A stretch of 64,000 nt of DNA from Eledone cirrhosa (taxonomy: Eukaryota): the NCBI GenBank assembly GCA_964016885.1, contig OZ024742.1, positions 135,470,001-135,534,000 on the forward strand. The letters run 5' to 3'. Position 1 is the stretch's first letter. Every line of letters begins with the position of its first letter. Positions 37,950-52,300 of the stretch are shown in pieces. Both the position numbers and the translations under genes were made by a program. The notes under the pieces are model-generated. The model was not told the origin of the DNA. It saw nothing but the letters and a program-made list of their open reading frames with translations, and searched no databases.

Positions 37950-39760
37950 GACTTACTCGAGAGACGGGCTCCTACGCTTCGAGGTTCGTAGATGTTGTCG
38001 GAGGGATATGATCGACATTCAAATGCTGTTTGGACTGATGTTAGGCCTCTGCCTCCCTGCTTACGTTTGAAGTAAAGGCGGTCTATGTCACTGTTGATGT
38101 GGAAGTTCCCGGTGTTGTTTAGTATTTTCGAGTTCTAACATCAATTACTCTGATTTCGTCTATCGTCGATGACCATATCTTTCTTATTAGGGTGTAGTAT
38201 TCCCTGGTTACGTGTTCCTTATTACAGATACCATTATAGGATATGTTCTCATCTATCCAATGGTATCTGTAGCAGTCCTCATCAGATATCGGTGAAACAG
38301 TTAGGCCTTTGAGGACAATGTTGCTAGATCGGGTTGTTGTTTTTCCCCACTTTACAGTCTTGTATGAGCATTTATCTTGGCCAAACTCCATTCCTATATT
38401 CTTTGAGAACGTTGTAACCAGGTCAAGATTTTTCTTCGTCCTATCCATCTTGGCGTAGAATTTCAGATCATCCACAAAGAAATTATGGGTTAGGTTCGTA
38501 TTTCTGTCCTCCTGAGAGCCAATGATGTATCTTTCATATTTCTTGAGCAGAAAGGACAAGGTGTTTAATGACAGGGTGAATAATATCACAGAGAGACTGT
38601 CTCTCTGAAATATACCCCTGCGATATTTTATTTTATCAGTGAAAATAGAGTCCTCCTCCTCTGTCTTTAACTTTAGGATAGTAGCCCAAGAAGAAGACAG
38701 CTTCTCTATGGCTCTGATGATAATGTCTGGGACTTTAGCAGGCTGGAGGGCATCTATCATCCAAGAGTGGGGAACAGAATCGAAAGCTTTCCTGTAGTCC
38801 AGCCAGACTGTAGCCATATTCCTCCTAAGTTCCGACATCGCAGTTTTGTTGATTAGGAGTTGTTCAACACATCCCCAAACCCCTTTCTTTCCAGCTGCTT
38901 GTTCATCTGTGATGATGTTATTATTTTCACAGTGATCTTGGAGGAATAGGTTAAGGCAGCCTGTATACATCTTATGCATCAAGTTCTGGCATGCAATGGG
39001 TCGGTAGATTTTTGCCAAGTGGATGTCTTTGTTCTTGGGGACCAGTAATGTTTGTACTAATGTCAACCATTCTGGTATAAGTGTATCTCCCTTAAAACTT
39101 GTTGGTAGAAGTCAGTAAGATACCTCCGATAGAATATCAGTTTTTTGTACCACTAGCCGACAATCATGCCTCTTCCTGGTGTTTTATCATCTTGGAGTTT
39201 TCCTATCACAGTCTCAAGGGTACCCTCACTTATTTCGTATGTTTTTGTTGTAGTGTAGGAGCAATAGTTCTTTCGTGTTTCTTTTAGCCACACTGCAACT
39301 TGGTTGAAATTCTTCTTTTCACCCCATATTTTTCTCCAAAAGGAATCTATGTTTTTCTGGGATAGGGCCTCAGTGGCACTTATTATTTTGCCCTTCATAT
39401 CTTTATAGACTGATGTTTGGTTTCGCCTGAATCTTTTATTAAGAACTTTTCTTTCATCTGCCTTCTTCAAGTATCGGCGTTTTTCGCTAACAGCTTTCAA
39501 TTCTTATTTGAGGGTGATCAGCTTATATTAAAGAGTTCGGGTTTTACTGTTACAAAACATCGTCTCTATTTTATTTTTCACTCTTTGTTGGTGAGAGGTG
39601 AGGCTTTTTTGTGTTTGTTTGCATGTAAGGAGCATTGTCACATATTCTATGATTTTTCGTAGGTCAGCAATCTTTTTTTCTATTCTAGTTTTTTGTTCTA
39701 CTTCTGTTTTCTTCTTCTGCTCTCTTCTTGTTGTTGTTGTTCTACTTCCCCTTCTGTTTT
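37950..39760 (-). mobile_element. R4/Dong-like LINE RT fragment
   Basis: ORF 38119-39066 has YRPIAC, EQAAGKKG..GC.EQLLIN, WLDYRKAFDSVPHSW, RGIFQRDSLS and FFVDDLK. Downstream is DIDRLYFKRKQGGRGL. Confidence 0.9.
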
Positions 39761-39844
39761 CTTCTTCTTCTTCTTCTTCTTCTTCTTCTTCTTCTTCTTC
39801 TTCTTCTTCTTCTAATTAGTATTATTATTTTCACCGACGATTTC

Positions 39845-40290
39845 TGTTACGTCTTCCTCCTCCCTCTCCCTCTATATACATAACATTCATCTTTTACGTC
39901 TCCCTCCCCTCCCTCTATATTCATAGCCTTCATCTCTTACGTCACCCTCCCCCCTCCATCTATATACATAGCATTCGTCTCTTACGTCTCCCTCCCCCTC
40001 CCTCTATATTCATAGCCTTCATCTCTTACGTTGCCCCCTCCCTCTATATACATAGCATTCATCTCTTACGTCTCCCTCCCCCTCCCTCTATATCCATAGT
40101 CTTCATCTCTTACATCGCCCCCCCCCTCCCTCTATATACATAGCATTCATCTCTTACGTCTCCCTCCCCCTACCTCTATACACATAGCATTCATCTCATA
40201 AGTCTCTCCCCACCACCTCCCTCTATATACATAGCATTCATCTCTTACGTCTTCCCTCCTCCCCCCTCTATATACATAGCATTCATCTAT
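39845..40290. repeat. ~40 bp minisatellite, about 10 units
   Basis: The unit cccctccctctatatacatagcattcatctcttacgtctccct is repeated with variation. Confidence 0.95.
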
Positions 40291-40404
40291 TAACAGCTGT
40301 TTCATTATAAAAGTTTTATATGTCTGACTTAAAATGTTGGTTTGAATATTTTATTCACGTTTAGGCATACCTTCACGAATATGCCTACTTACTCGTACAC
40401 AGAC

Positions 40405-40481
<77 letters not shown>

Positions 40482-41115
40482 TCTCAGAAACACACACGCA
40501 AACACTCACATGTTTTGAAACAGACCTATATGTAAACACTCATTCACACACAATGATACACATAAAGACCTATAAAAATGTGTTGACATACATAAACTGA
40601 TAGCCATAGAGACACACACACCTGCTAAACACATTCATACACAAAATAGAGACACAAACAAGTATATATACTCACACTCTCATTATAAATACTTTACATA
40701 CAGACGCAGCCCCTTTACTTTATATTATACCAACATAAGAACAAAGAGGCATAAATACCCATTATTCATACATTATTTTCAAGTTCATTCTGTTTAATCT
40801 GACGTATATCTAGAACTATGATATATATCTATATTCTTGTGTGGAGGTATCTGTGTGTAATTGTTCCTGTATCGTAGGTGTGTATGTATGTATGTACGTT
40901 CCTTCTCTTTTTAAATAATTTGAATTATGTTAAAGTAGATGGATTCCAACAACGAAATAAAGCTTTTGCTTTGGAATTTTGATAGCAAAAGCAGTAATTG
41001 TCACATGTTGAACATTTGATTTTTTACTGTACCGCTTAGCGACTGCACTTGTAATGTATAGCTCATACGTTTGCATGCCTGCACGTACAGACACATATCA
41101 TTCTATCTATCTATC

Positions 41116-41199
<84 letters not shown>

Positions 41200-41282
41200 C
41201 GAAACATAAGTCAATTGTATGAACTCATAATCCTTTATTTACCGCTACATATATTTCGATGATAGCCATTGTATGGCTATGA

Positions 41283-41315
<33 letters not shown>

Positions 41316-41584
41316 CGTAGATATACAATACAACAGGAGGAACATAATTGTACAACTGACGATGTTGCAGATGTGCAACGAAAGAACTTTGTTAGACTAT
41401 ATATATATGTGTTTATATCTATATTATATCTGTATTTTTTACCGTTGGTCAGTCAATGGTACCGAATGAATTAATTGTGGAGATATAAAAGATACAGAAG
41501 CGAAAACCAACCAAGCAGTGAGTGAGTGTGTTCTGTTATTATTTCTGCCAATATTATTACAACAATATAACCCTCCCGAACTAT

Positions 41585-41634
<50 letters not shown>

Positions 41635-41639
41635 ACATG

Positions 41640-41850
41640 AATGCACCTTTTATTCTTATCTAAAGACATTTTTTTCCAATTCCAACCCGCCCGTCCCCTC
41701 AATCTATCTTAATTCTCATTCTTTCTTCTAATGAAGGACTAACGTCCGAAGCGTTAAGACCCTCTTCCTGTTATATCAAGCGTTAACCTAATATATCCCT
41801 TTCATATACTGTACCGATTGTGTCGTTATTTCTGTTTACATTTACATATA
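41640..41850 (+). mobile_element. PLE terminal-repeat remnant with a degenerate minimal HHR (41724-41760)
   Basis: tctt-CTAATGA-a-ggac(taac)gtcc-GAAG-cgtt-aaga has two core substitutions. It lies between TA tracts. Confidence 0.5.
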
Positions 41851-42129
41851 TATAAGGGAAAAAGCTGAAATTGAAAATGCAAATGGAGTTTTAAGAATAT
41901 TTATTTGGTTCCTTTGCCGGTTTCGCAGTTGTGCTTTTCAAAAGTAGAAATGAAATGGAGGGTTTGTGGTTTTTCTCACATCATTTATATATATATATAT
42001 AGGGAGAGAATGAGAGAGTGAGGGAGTCAGAGACAGAGAGAGATTTAGTATAAATAGAGTAATAAACCTGCTTCACCGGATGATTAAAAACTCAATGCAA
42101 TGGCGTTCTTTCTGAGCTGTTATATACTG

Positions 42130-43020
42130 AGGTCAAGTTATAAAACTAGAAAAAATGAGAAAGGACCGGAAAAAGTTGGACCATATAAACAATTTCAGGC
42201 CCATAACTCTGCTAAACACAGAGTTTAAAACTTTGGCCAAGATGTTAGTGACGCGGTTGGAGCTTGTCGTCGGTGGTCTGGTAGGGGAGTCGCAGACATA
42301 CGCCCACAACAACCCCAACTTCATGCGATACATCACATTCAGTGTGGCTAAGGATCCTGGCATGCGTGGAGCCCTGATCAACTTAAATCGGTGGACATCT
42401 GCTCTGGAGTTAGAGTAAACAGTCACCTTTCGGAACCTTTAAAATTCATGCCAAGCTTCTCCTCTCTCGTTCCTTTTGTATGTATTGACCTTTGAGCCAT
42501 TACTAGGAACATTGGAGACGTTGAGGTGCATCCCGCGCGAACTTGAATGTGGGAGATCCGTATCAGCATATGCCGATGATCTTACACTAGTGGTGTCGAA
42601 CACCAAACATATTGAGATGATCGCCACCTCTCTCGAGGAGTATGAAACGGCAATAAGAGCTACAATTAACCAGGAAATATCAGCGAACCTGCAGCTAGGC
42701 ACTGGCCGGACGAACCGATTAAATTGCTCGTGATCTCGTTTGGACCAGACCTCCAGATGGACAAATAGAGGGACGAGGTATCGAGCAAGGTGACATCTTT
42801 CATCCAGGAATTGGCAGAAAGGAAGCTATCCTTGAAAGCTTGCGTATAGGCGGCGAATGTATTCATCGCGTCCGTGATCTCCTAGCGCCTGACCAACGAC
42901 CCTTGTCCTAGACCATGTGTGACTGCACTGGAATGTCTATTCTTTTGTTTTTTTGTGGAGGGGTCGGGTTCCATTATTCAGGTGGTCTATTTGTTGCCAG
43001 CACCCACTACTCTGGGCATG
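42130..43020 (+). mobile_element. Tx1/L1-like LINE RT fragment
   Basis: NFRPITLLNTEFKTLAKML..RL, SPLSFLLYVLTFEPLL, SAYADDLTL, ELAERKLSLK; similar to 36545-37945. Confidence 0.85.
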
Positions 43021-44442
43021 CGCATGAAGGCTGGTTGATTTAGAGAGGAGAATGGCTCCTATTGTGGTGCTCGTCGAGCGTCGGATACACACTGGGCACC
43101 AGATATATTTTGTGTAGCTCTTATGAGGAGAATATACTTAATCATTTATTAACCAACATATAACTTATGAAAGCGTTCATATAGAAGAGAGCCATGTGAG
43201 TACATCTTAAAAGAAAAACAAAGTGTGGGGCTCAACTTAACAAATATTTCCAACATAAGGGCTTTTCGACACCTTCATATAACTGGGTAAAGATACCAAT
43301 CGTCATGTATTTCTTCCAACTAGATCTATCTGCGTTACAGTGAAGATTACGATATTCGCTGATAGAAATGAATATATATATATCATGTTTATGTAAATAA
43401 ATGCATACTTTTCCATAACACAGTTTCGGTAGAAAAAAAAAAATTGCATTATCAGTGAATAAATGTCAACATTTATTATACTTCAAACACACACATCGCA
43501 ACACAATTCATGCCTGAATATGGATGACCTCATGCGTAAATATGCTGAAATATAAAGAAAGAACTCTATGGTAATGCAACATGCATTGTTCACCGTTCAT
43601 TGTTAGATATGCAATAGGGTGCCACATGTTGAAAGATTTGAGGATTCAGCTTGATGTTCTTGAGACATAAAAGGAAGCATCATGGAAAAGGTTGTTGTCA
43701 TTTTCGAAGCAGTTTTATGTTAATTAACTTAGTTGTATCAAACAAATAATCACACCTTAAGTACAAATTATCATACTGGTGAAATTTGAACCGAAAATCA
43801 AAATTTATTCTAAACAGATGAAGGGAGAAATCTTCTAAAATCTCAATCAATGAAAATTCTAATGAAGATATCATTGCAGACGTGAGTCTCATCTTTAGCA
43901 GTATCTTGGTAGAGCCATATATTTTTTTCAGTTTTATTTGGCCAGCTCCGTGAACCTATGACTGTTTGTACATAGTTTCCAACTTTAAAATTACATGGTA
44001 ACAGTCGGTCGCGGGTTGAAATCACTTGACCAAGGAGAATCGCAGTAGATTTGAAGACGGAACCAGTGGTATGTGAAGCTATCCACATAGCAATTTATAA
44101 GTCTTTCTCATCATAATAAATTTCGTTTTAACTGTAGCATCATTATGTTTTAAATATATATATATGTGTATTTGCGTGTGTGCGTCTGTGTGTGTGTGAA
44201 TATGTTTGTGTGTGTTTGTGTGTATCTGTGCGTGTGAATGCACGCGCGTATGGGGGTGAGTATTCCATAGTCAGGCCCAATCGTGACTGATCGTATCTTG
44301 AGCTGATCAATTGCGCAACGCGCGCATCTCGAATGAATCAGACATAGATATGATGCTAGATTGCTGCTTCATTCTCTCTTACTTATATATATATATATAT
44401 ATATATATAAAGAAAGAGAGTAGGAGATTTTGGAAGGAAAAA

Positions 44443-44531
<89 letters not shown>

Positions 44532-45048
44532 CTGAGAGAAAGAAAGAGACAGAGAGAATAAGAAAATATAATGATTGGTGCACAAATATATGTAAGGTTT
44601 TCGCTGATCTAGATTTTCTAATTCCACCAATATCGATAAAATAAATACTACTTATATCTGCAATTTGACAATATTCTTCGTCTGAAAAGTTCTCCGGGCC
44701 TGACAAAATAGTCACCAGTTGTCAATAGTTGTATATCGATATATTTCTGTTTACTTGTTGATTTACATCTCTAATCTATTGTGTAAGTTTAGAATGTTTT
44801 TACTGTAGGTTTTTGTTCACTTTTTCGTATTAGTTTGCTGCAGTATGTATGGATTGAGCTAATAGAAAGAACATGGCTGGAATATTGGCAGAACTACGGC
44901 AAATAACGTTAGAATCTTGCTAAATTCGCTTTAGCAAACAAGTATTTTGTGTAGTTACACATACACACACATACACACACAAACACGAACATACATACAC
45001 ACACACGCACATACGCGCACGCACACGCACACACACACACACAGACAG

Positions 45049-45113
<65 letters not shown>

Positions 45114-45391
45114 TACATATAAATATTATACATATCCGTAAGTAGTGTTGATGGCCGAGAGAAAAGAGTACTCAATACCGAAGTAGAGTTTAAATATTCA
45201 TTTCATTAAAGCTAAATAGTGAGTCTTATTACTCTTGAGACTTACGTGCCTCTCATAATATCATCACACAAACATTTGTTCTAGTTCAATGGACCTGTGT
45301 TAAACAGATGAAGCTACAGGTTAACGATTGGTTCGTTATTTAAGCCTAGTAAAATGAATATATGTGTGTATGTGTAGTATTTTCATTTTGG

Positions 45392-45426
<35 letters not shown>

Positions 45427-45435
<9 letters not shown>

Positions 45436-45600
45436 TCTTCTACAGGATTAGAACTGTTTCATTCGTGAGAGATCATCAGGAACCTGATGATTTCTCACGA
45501 ATGAAACAGTTGTAGTCCTGTAGAAGATATTTTATACTCTGCTATGTATTGAGTACCTTACTTACTGTGGTTACCTCCGACTCAACCCGGAATAACTTAT
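45427..45600 (+). mobile_element. Mini foldback element with an HHR core at the palindrome apex
   Basis: 45427-45480 is the reverse complement of 45483-45536. The right arm reads c-CTGATGA-tttctcacgaat-GAAA-c-agtt-GTA. TA tracts lie on both sides. Confidence 0.75.
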
Positions 45601-45615
45601 ATATATATTTATTTA

Positions 45616-45659
<44 letters not shown>

Positions 45660-45662
<3 letters not shown>

Positions 45663-45790
45663 TAAAATGAAATGAGAAAATCTCTAATTCTGGGAGTTTG
45701 TCTATTTAACTTCGCTTATATATAGATGTCCCTACCATGGTTTCGTATGGGGAAGAATGTTTCGGTATTAGAGACTAATTAACCTTTAAT
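45660..45790 (-). mobile_element. Short insert with the 3' half of an HHR (GAAAC-CATG-GTA)
   Basis: The reverse complement of 45728-45746 is acgaaaccatggtagggac, with the same stem III as 11153-11164. No CTGATGA was found nearby. Confidence 0.4.
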
Positions 45791-46256
45791 TTATATATAT
45801 ATATAAATATATATATAAAGTAAGTGAGAAAGAAATTCTCGCTATCTCTTTCTCACTTACTCTTGCGGAGGTCAGATGTGTTTTTTCTCGTCCACACAGG
45901 CTCGGACTTAAGTTCAATAGTTGATGTCAACTTTAATTTTCTCTCTCTTCGAGTTGCTCACACACATGTGCTTCGGGTTTCCTTCTTCGGTTTGTTGTTT
46001 TCCGCTTTTTTTCGCTGTTTTTTCTTTCTTCTTCCTCGCTTTTCCCTCCTGTTATATATATATTTGCTCTTTCTCCTTATTTCCCCCAATAACAGCTTTT
46101 AGTTATTGACGCACTGGGGTTAGATATCTTGCCTTTGATGCGTAGAAATATACATGATCCCCAACAGACAACTGATGAAGGAACATTTTTCTCCCGTTCG
46201 TGCTTTCCTCTTTTTTAAAAATACACCTTATCCAGCAACTCCACAGCCCCTGTTTC

Positions 46257-46314
<58 letters not shown>

Positions 46315-46316
46315 AC

Positions 46317-46397
<81 letters not shown>

Positions 46398-46401
46398 ACA
46401 G

Positions 46402-46438
<37 letters not shown>

Positions 46439-46769
46439 GCAACTGAAGTAAAGATGTGGCGCTAAGAAGTCGTAGGTTATCGGATGTCATAATGGACGTA
46501 CAATGGTTTGAACCGGAGGGACGTTACTGCTAGTCCATCCGGGTACACAGTGTCTGACAAGTTAGACATACACACTCGTTGGAATACTTTACATGACGAA
46601 CACAAAACAAAACCTTGATAACACTCCATGTCTAGTACAAATACGGATAGAATTAAATGTACATTTAAGTCGTCATGTGACGGAGAAGGTCCCTTAGACC
46701 TTTGGATATGTAGGTTTTAAGTTGTATGTGCACATATATCAATATATTTGTAAATGCTGTTAATACATA

Positions 46770-46910
46770 TACAATCTCTTGAAGGATTTACATATTTTAC
46801 ATTTACATTAATTGATTTAATTTGTAATCTCTTAATTTATTTGCCACGTATTTTCTAATTCTGTGAAACCCAGCTTCTCAAGTTTCGGGCTAAGGTAATT
46901 ATTAACATTT
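46770..46910 (-). mobile_element. Degenerate R4-like 3' coding fragment
   Basis: gaaacccagcttctcaagtttcgggctaaggtaattattaacat resembles 29903-29947. Confidence 0.5.
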
Positions 46911-48089
46911 ATGTGCATTTGCATGTATATATGTACGCTTGCATGTGTATATATGTCTGCATATACGCCATTTCACAAGTGGTTCTGTTTGCTTTGACAT
47001 TTGTATATATGTATATATGTGTGTATGTTTATGTATATATATACGTGTGTGTGTATGTGTGTGCTTGTGTGTGTATATTTGTGTATGTATGTGTGCATGT
47101 GCATGTCTCTGTGTATGTATGTGAGCATGTGTGTATGTGTGTGTATAATAACACATACGTGTGTGTGTGTACTAACACATACGTGTGTGTAACTTAACAG
47201 ATGAGGCTTCTGGAAAATTTTCCATATTTTAATAATTCCATTAGCAAAATTTTAATTACATAATTAGCTAGACATTTTTCGACAATTTGTGTTGCCCGGT
47301 TTATCAATTTAGCTACTCAAAATAGTACTCAAATAATCAATTGCACAAACAGTTAACGGTATATTTCTAAATGCATAGTCAAATCTGCAGATTTATGCTC
47401 TCCATGCTTTTTCATGTTATCTGTAAAATTACCATAAAGATTACGAGTCAAGTGATTTCCCTTACAGTGCACCCCTTTGCTTACATATGTATACAAGTTA
47501 TTACAGAAACATACATTCTAAATTAATGTACCGACTATTCTTTTCTATGAAATGTGTGGCCTTTTACTCATGACACGATAATTCAATGGTAGAATGTATC
47601 ATAAAAAGATTTATAAATGACTGCTTATTATGCAAATGACTTCTGCAGCTGCAATTTCACAGGGTCTGCAGCTACTCACATAACTATTTGTACTTTCTGC
47701 ATTCATATTTTCATTGCCGTTTTGTATTTTGTTGGAGATTTCTGTTTTTGCTTTCAACATCATATCCGTCAGAAAGACATGGACATATGATTCCTGCATG
47801 TTTGGGGCATTTTAAACGTAGCAGGCCTCGTTTCTCTTCAGATTCTTTGAAACAAAAAAAAAACAAAAAAAAATGAAAGATAGAAAGAAAGTGGGAGGGA
47901 GAGAGGAATCCAACCAAGTACTAGGATAGGGTTTAATTTATCGCTCTCAAAATGATGTAGACAACGTTCACCTCGGCTAGATATTCAGATCGTTGTGAGA
48001 CGAAACAAATAACGAGGTAGTTGCATTCCGTCGGCCTAAAATTCATCAGAGAGAGAGATGGGGAGAGAAAGAAGAGAGAGCTAATAATA

Positions 48090-48440
48090 TAACATCTTGG
48101 ATGTCACATGCATCGAAACATTCCCCCAGCGGCAACCTGGTGCAGTCTCTGACTTACCCAGGCTCTGCTGCACTTCGGACCGAGGAGGGTAAACTTTTAA
48201 AAAATCGGTCGCTTTCCGACAGGTTTGCAGTCGAGCCCGTAGCAGTGGAGATTTCCAGTGTCCTTAGCCTTAAGGCCACCTCTCTACTCACCACCATCAT
48301 CACAGAATTGGCTACCATCAGGTGTGCCTCGTGAGATGGAATGTCTCTCCCAGCGCGTCTTCCTTACCATCCTCCGAGGAAACGCTTTCTCTATTCTATT
48401 AGCCGGGGTCGTGGAGCGGCCAGCTGGTGAGGCCATTTGA
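48090..48440 (+). mobile_element. CRE-like non-LTR element, C-terminal RLE fragment
   Basis: PGSAALRTEEGKLLKNRSLSDRFAVEPVAVEISSVL...PREMECLSQRVFLTILRGNAFSIL fits the AA..AE..K..KY..L.....P.AVET.G...QR.S....RGNA pattern. Confidence 0.7.
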
Positions 48441-48559
48441 TCATAATAGTGAGAGAATGGGAGAGCGGGAAAGATGGAGGCAGTAACAGTGAGAGTTTGT
48501 GTTCGGACTTGTATACGTATACAATCACGATCTCTTACTTATAAGTTTGTTACTGGTTT

Positions 48560-48930
48560 TAATGTATTATAAAAGTATAGAAATTGTCGCTCTAATTTGC
48601 TTACATATTTTAGTCTCATTCTGGAATTTGTTGACAACGTAGACGTGTCTTCCTATCATCTGGTTTCTGCAGCGGTTAGGGATGTGCTAAATCGCCACGC
48701 AAAATTTTCCAGGGAGCTCCTTCCTAACTCTGATAATGTTGTGGGCCTCGAGTATGTAGATTTGATCCCTGGATAAACTCCAACGCCTAATTATTGGTAA
48801 ATATTGTCGAGATGATATGATGCGACATTTGAAGGCTGTTTGCATCGATTTTAAGCTTCTGACTTCTTGTTTTAGTATTAGACAGAACCGGTCAATAGAA
48901 CTATCGATCTGTAAATGTCTGGTGATATGA
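48560..48930 (-). mobile_element. Degenerate R4-like LINE fragment
   Basis: [36 protein letters not shown] aligns with NSDIDRLYFKRKQGGRGLTSVQTAFECR at about 38010-38100. Confidence 0.7.
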
Positions 48931-49380
<450 letters not shown>

Positions 49381-50403
49381 TGTATGATTTATGTACGTGT
49401 ATATATGTATGTAGCGAGAGAGCCAGAGGGAGAAGAGAGGGAGAGGACAGGGAGAGCAAGGAGAGAGACAGATTTTGTTTGTACATATTTCTATTAGTAT
49501 ATTATATGCTTGTGTGTGTGTGCGTGTGCGCGCGCGCATGTGTGTGTGTGTGGGGGGGTGTATCAGAAGAGAATATGTATTTGTGTTTGTCAGTAATTGT
49601 GTCAGTGTCTGTGGAAGATATGTGCCTACATGAATGTGTCCTATATAGATGGTATTTCGGTATCTTTCAGAGAGTTTCTGTATATTTTGTATATGTTTAA
49701 AGTGAACTTCTTGTGTGTATGTAAGTATGAGTGTATGTGTGTCAATTTGTCAGCATACTCCTCTGTTAGTAAATGAGAGAAGGTAGAGTGGAATAATTGT
49801 TTGTTATAAGATAGTGACAATTCTAATATGTGTGTGTGTTTCGAATGTGTGCGGAAGCTAATTTCTGCACTAGTTTTTGTGTGTAGACGTGACACGAGGC
49901 TATCGATTATCTATTAGTTTACGTGAATGATTGTATTTAGGTGTATCTTCATGTCTGTGTGTGTTTTTGTGTGTATGTCTGTGCCAATGTTTCAATGAAA
50001 CAGGTCTCAGAATGTCTGTGCATATGCCAATATGATTATGCTATATTGGGCAATCTTTCGAGAAGTTATTTAAGAAAACCGATTTTATTGATATGATATA
50101 TTATATGCACAAATTTGAAAGAGGATAGCAGAACAAACCCATTGACCCGACATATATCGATTTCCAGAGGACCGCAGTACTGAATACACCATAGAGCATT
50201 TGTCATAATACATTCTAAAGTTCGTTCGTTTTTTATACTTTCATAAATTGTGAATGAATAAGACTCCTTTTTTGAAAGGGTTGTACTAACGCTTACAACA
50301 AGTGTTTCCACATATGGTAAGCCTTCTTAAGAAATAGAGAGATGAGCAAATTCAAAAACCTTAACCACTAAGTAGACTTCTGTCATATGTGTCCTCACAT
50401 TTT

Positions 50404-50760
<357 letters not shown>

Positions 50761-52194
50761 ATTGTTTCTGTGGGTATTTGTGTATGTTTTTGTCTCAGAA
50801 CCCCACCCAATAATAGAACCATAGTAAACGCATTCCGCAAACCTAAACTAGCAGTGGCACACCACAAATACAATTGCTCCACCACAAAACACAATGTTTA
50901 TCAGAAAGCAGCGTCCAACACGAGAGAATCAAACACCAAATATTTCATGCAAAATCAACCACACTTGGAAACCATAACAAAGAAACAAATTTTAACCAAG
51001 TTTAAACATTTCAAAGACAAATCATATTATATTAAACACCAGCCATTTACACTAGTTCTAAGCGAATAAACCTCTCCAGACCACGATTGCCCTAAATATC
51101 TAGATTTCCTCGAAGTTTGGGTCTACTGGATAAATTAACAACATATATTCTGCAGCATGAATCTAACAAGGGAAAACCATACAGCCATCATTCTCGATTC
51201 TGCAGCACCAAATGCACTGTCCACAAAATATTTAAAGTTAAATTAGATTAACGAATGTAAAATAAACAAACCTTAGAATCGATGTACGTTGCCCAAATAC
51301 GTTAAATTCACCATTCAATCCAAGCGCATAAACATAGACTAAGTAAATTAGAATGCGAAACTAAAATGCCCAAACAGCACTAAATTATATTATACAAGTA
51401 TCAATCTAACATCCAAACTCGACGGTACCACAAGCCAGGAAACATAGCTTAATAGATATAGACGAAATCAGAGGCAGAGAGTCTACGTTATACGGTCAAT
51501 CTTAAGTAGGCTTAAGCTTCATAATATGGAATATTTAACTATATTTTTCTATCCTAAAAATGGAGTACTAAGATGAATTATGGTGTTACTAGACTTAATC
51601 AATAAAATCTTATCTATATTTATATATATACATGTATATGTACCTGTGTCTGAATGCGTTATATATATAATTAGTTCGTAACAAGTAAGGTTAAACCTTT
51701 AAACTTCGAACAAAGTAAAGCAGAAAGCATAGCCAGACAAACGTAAATTATATATTTTTTCGTCCCATCATGTTATCACTATATCGGATAATTCTCTTTT
51801 AATAGATGCATTTCAACCATACGTTTCACTAGGTCGCTTTACAGGGCAGAAATATAAGATTGAAAGAAGAGGCAAGGAAGAAGATTTCCAGCTACATCCT
51901 GTCAAGAAAATCTCCACGCGGTTTAAATACACAAATCTCTGATATCCAAATGGCTGAATGTCAGCAGAAGAGCACCTAGGTGTCCTGACTTGGACGTGGT
52001 TCGTAAGATGGGGTTTCTTCTCTGAAGGGCTTCTGCTGTCCAGCTATTCTGAGAGTTTCTTACCATAAGTAATCACACTGTACCCTCTTAAACAGAGTAA
52101 GTACGTTAAATATTTTAACCACATATACAAAGAAAATCTACAGCCGTCATTCACAATGGCGTGAAAATACAGGATGTGACAGTTTGAAAGATAC

Positions 52195-52300
52195 AGAGCT
52201 TCACCAGTATACTGGGCGAGCACTTTTTTATCGAACCTGAAAATTGGAAAGGCAAAGTTGTCATCAACGTGCTTTGAACTCAGAACGTAGAAACACGGAG
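52195..52300 (-). mobile_element. SINE family A fragment
   Basis: ttttatcgaacctgaaaattggaaaggcaaagttg...tttgaactcagaacgta. Confidence 0.7.

Noticed and set aside
39845-40290. CRISPR-like array
   Set aside because: Contiguous tandem units without unique spacers, in a eukaryotic context with no cas genes.
43640-44090. Possible hAT C-terminal remnant on the minus strand
   Set aside because: Similarity is too weak to support without a profile search.
46165-46205. ctgatgaagga hammerhead-like start
   Set aside because: No downstream GAAA or stem III.
50800-51480. A/C-rich stretch resembling an old retroelement ORF
   Set aside because: No recognisable protein motif in the frames examined.
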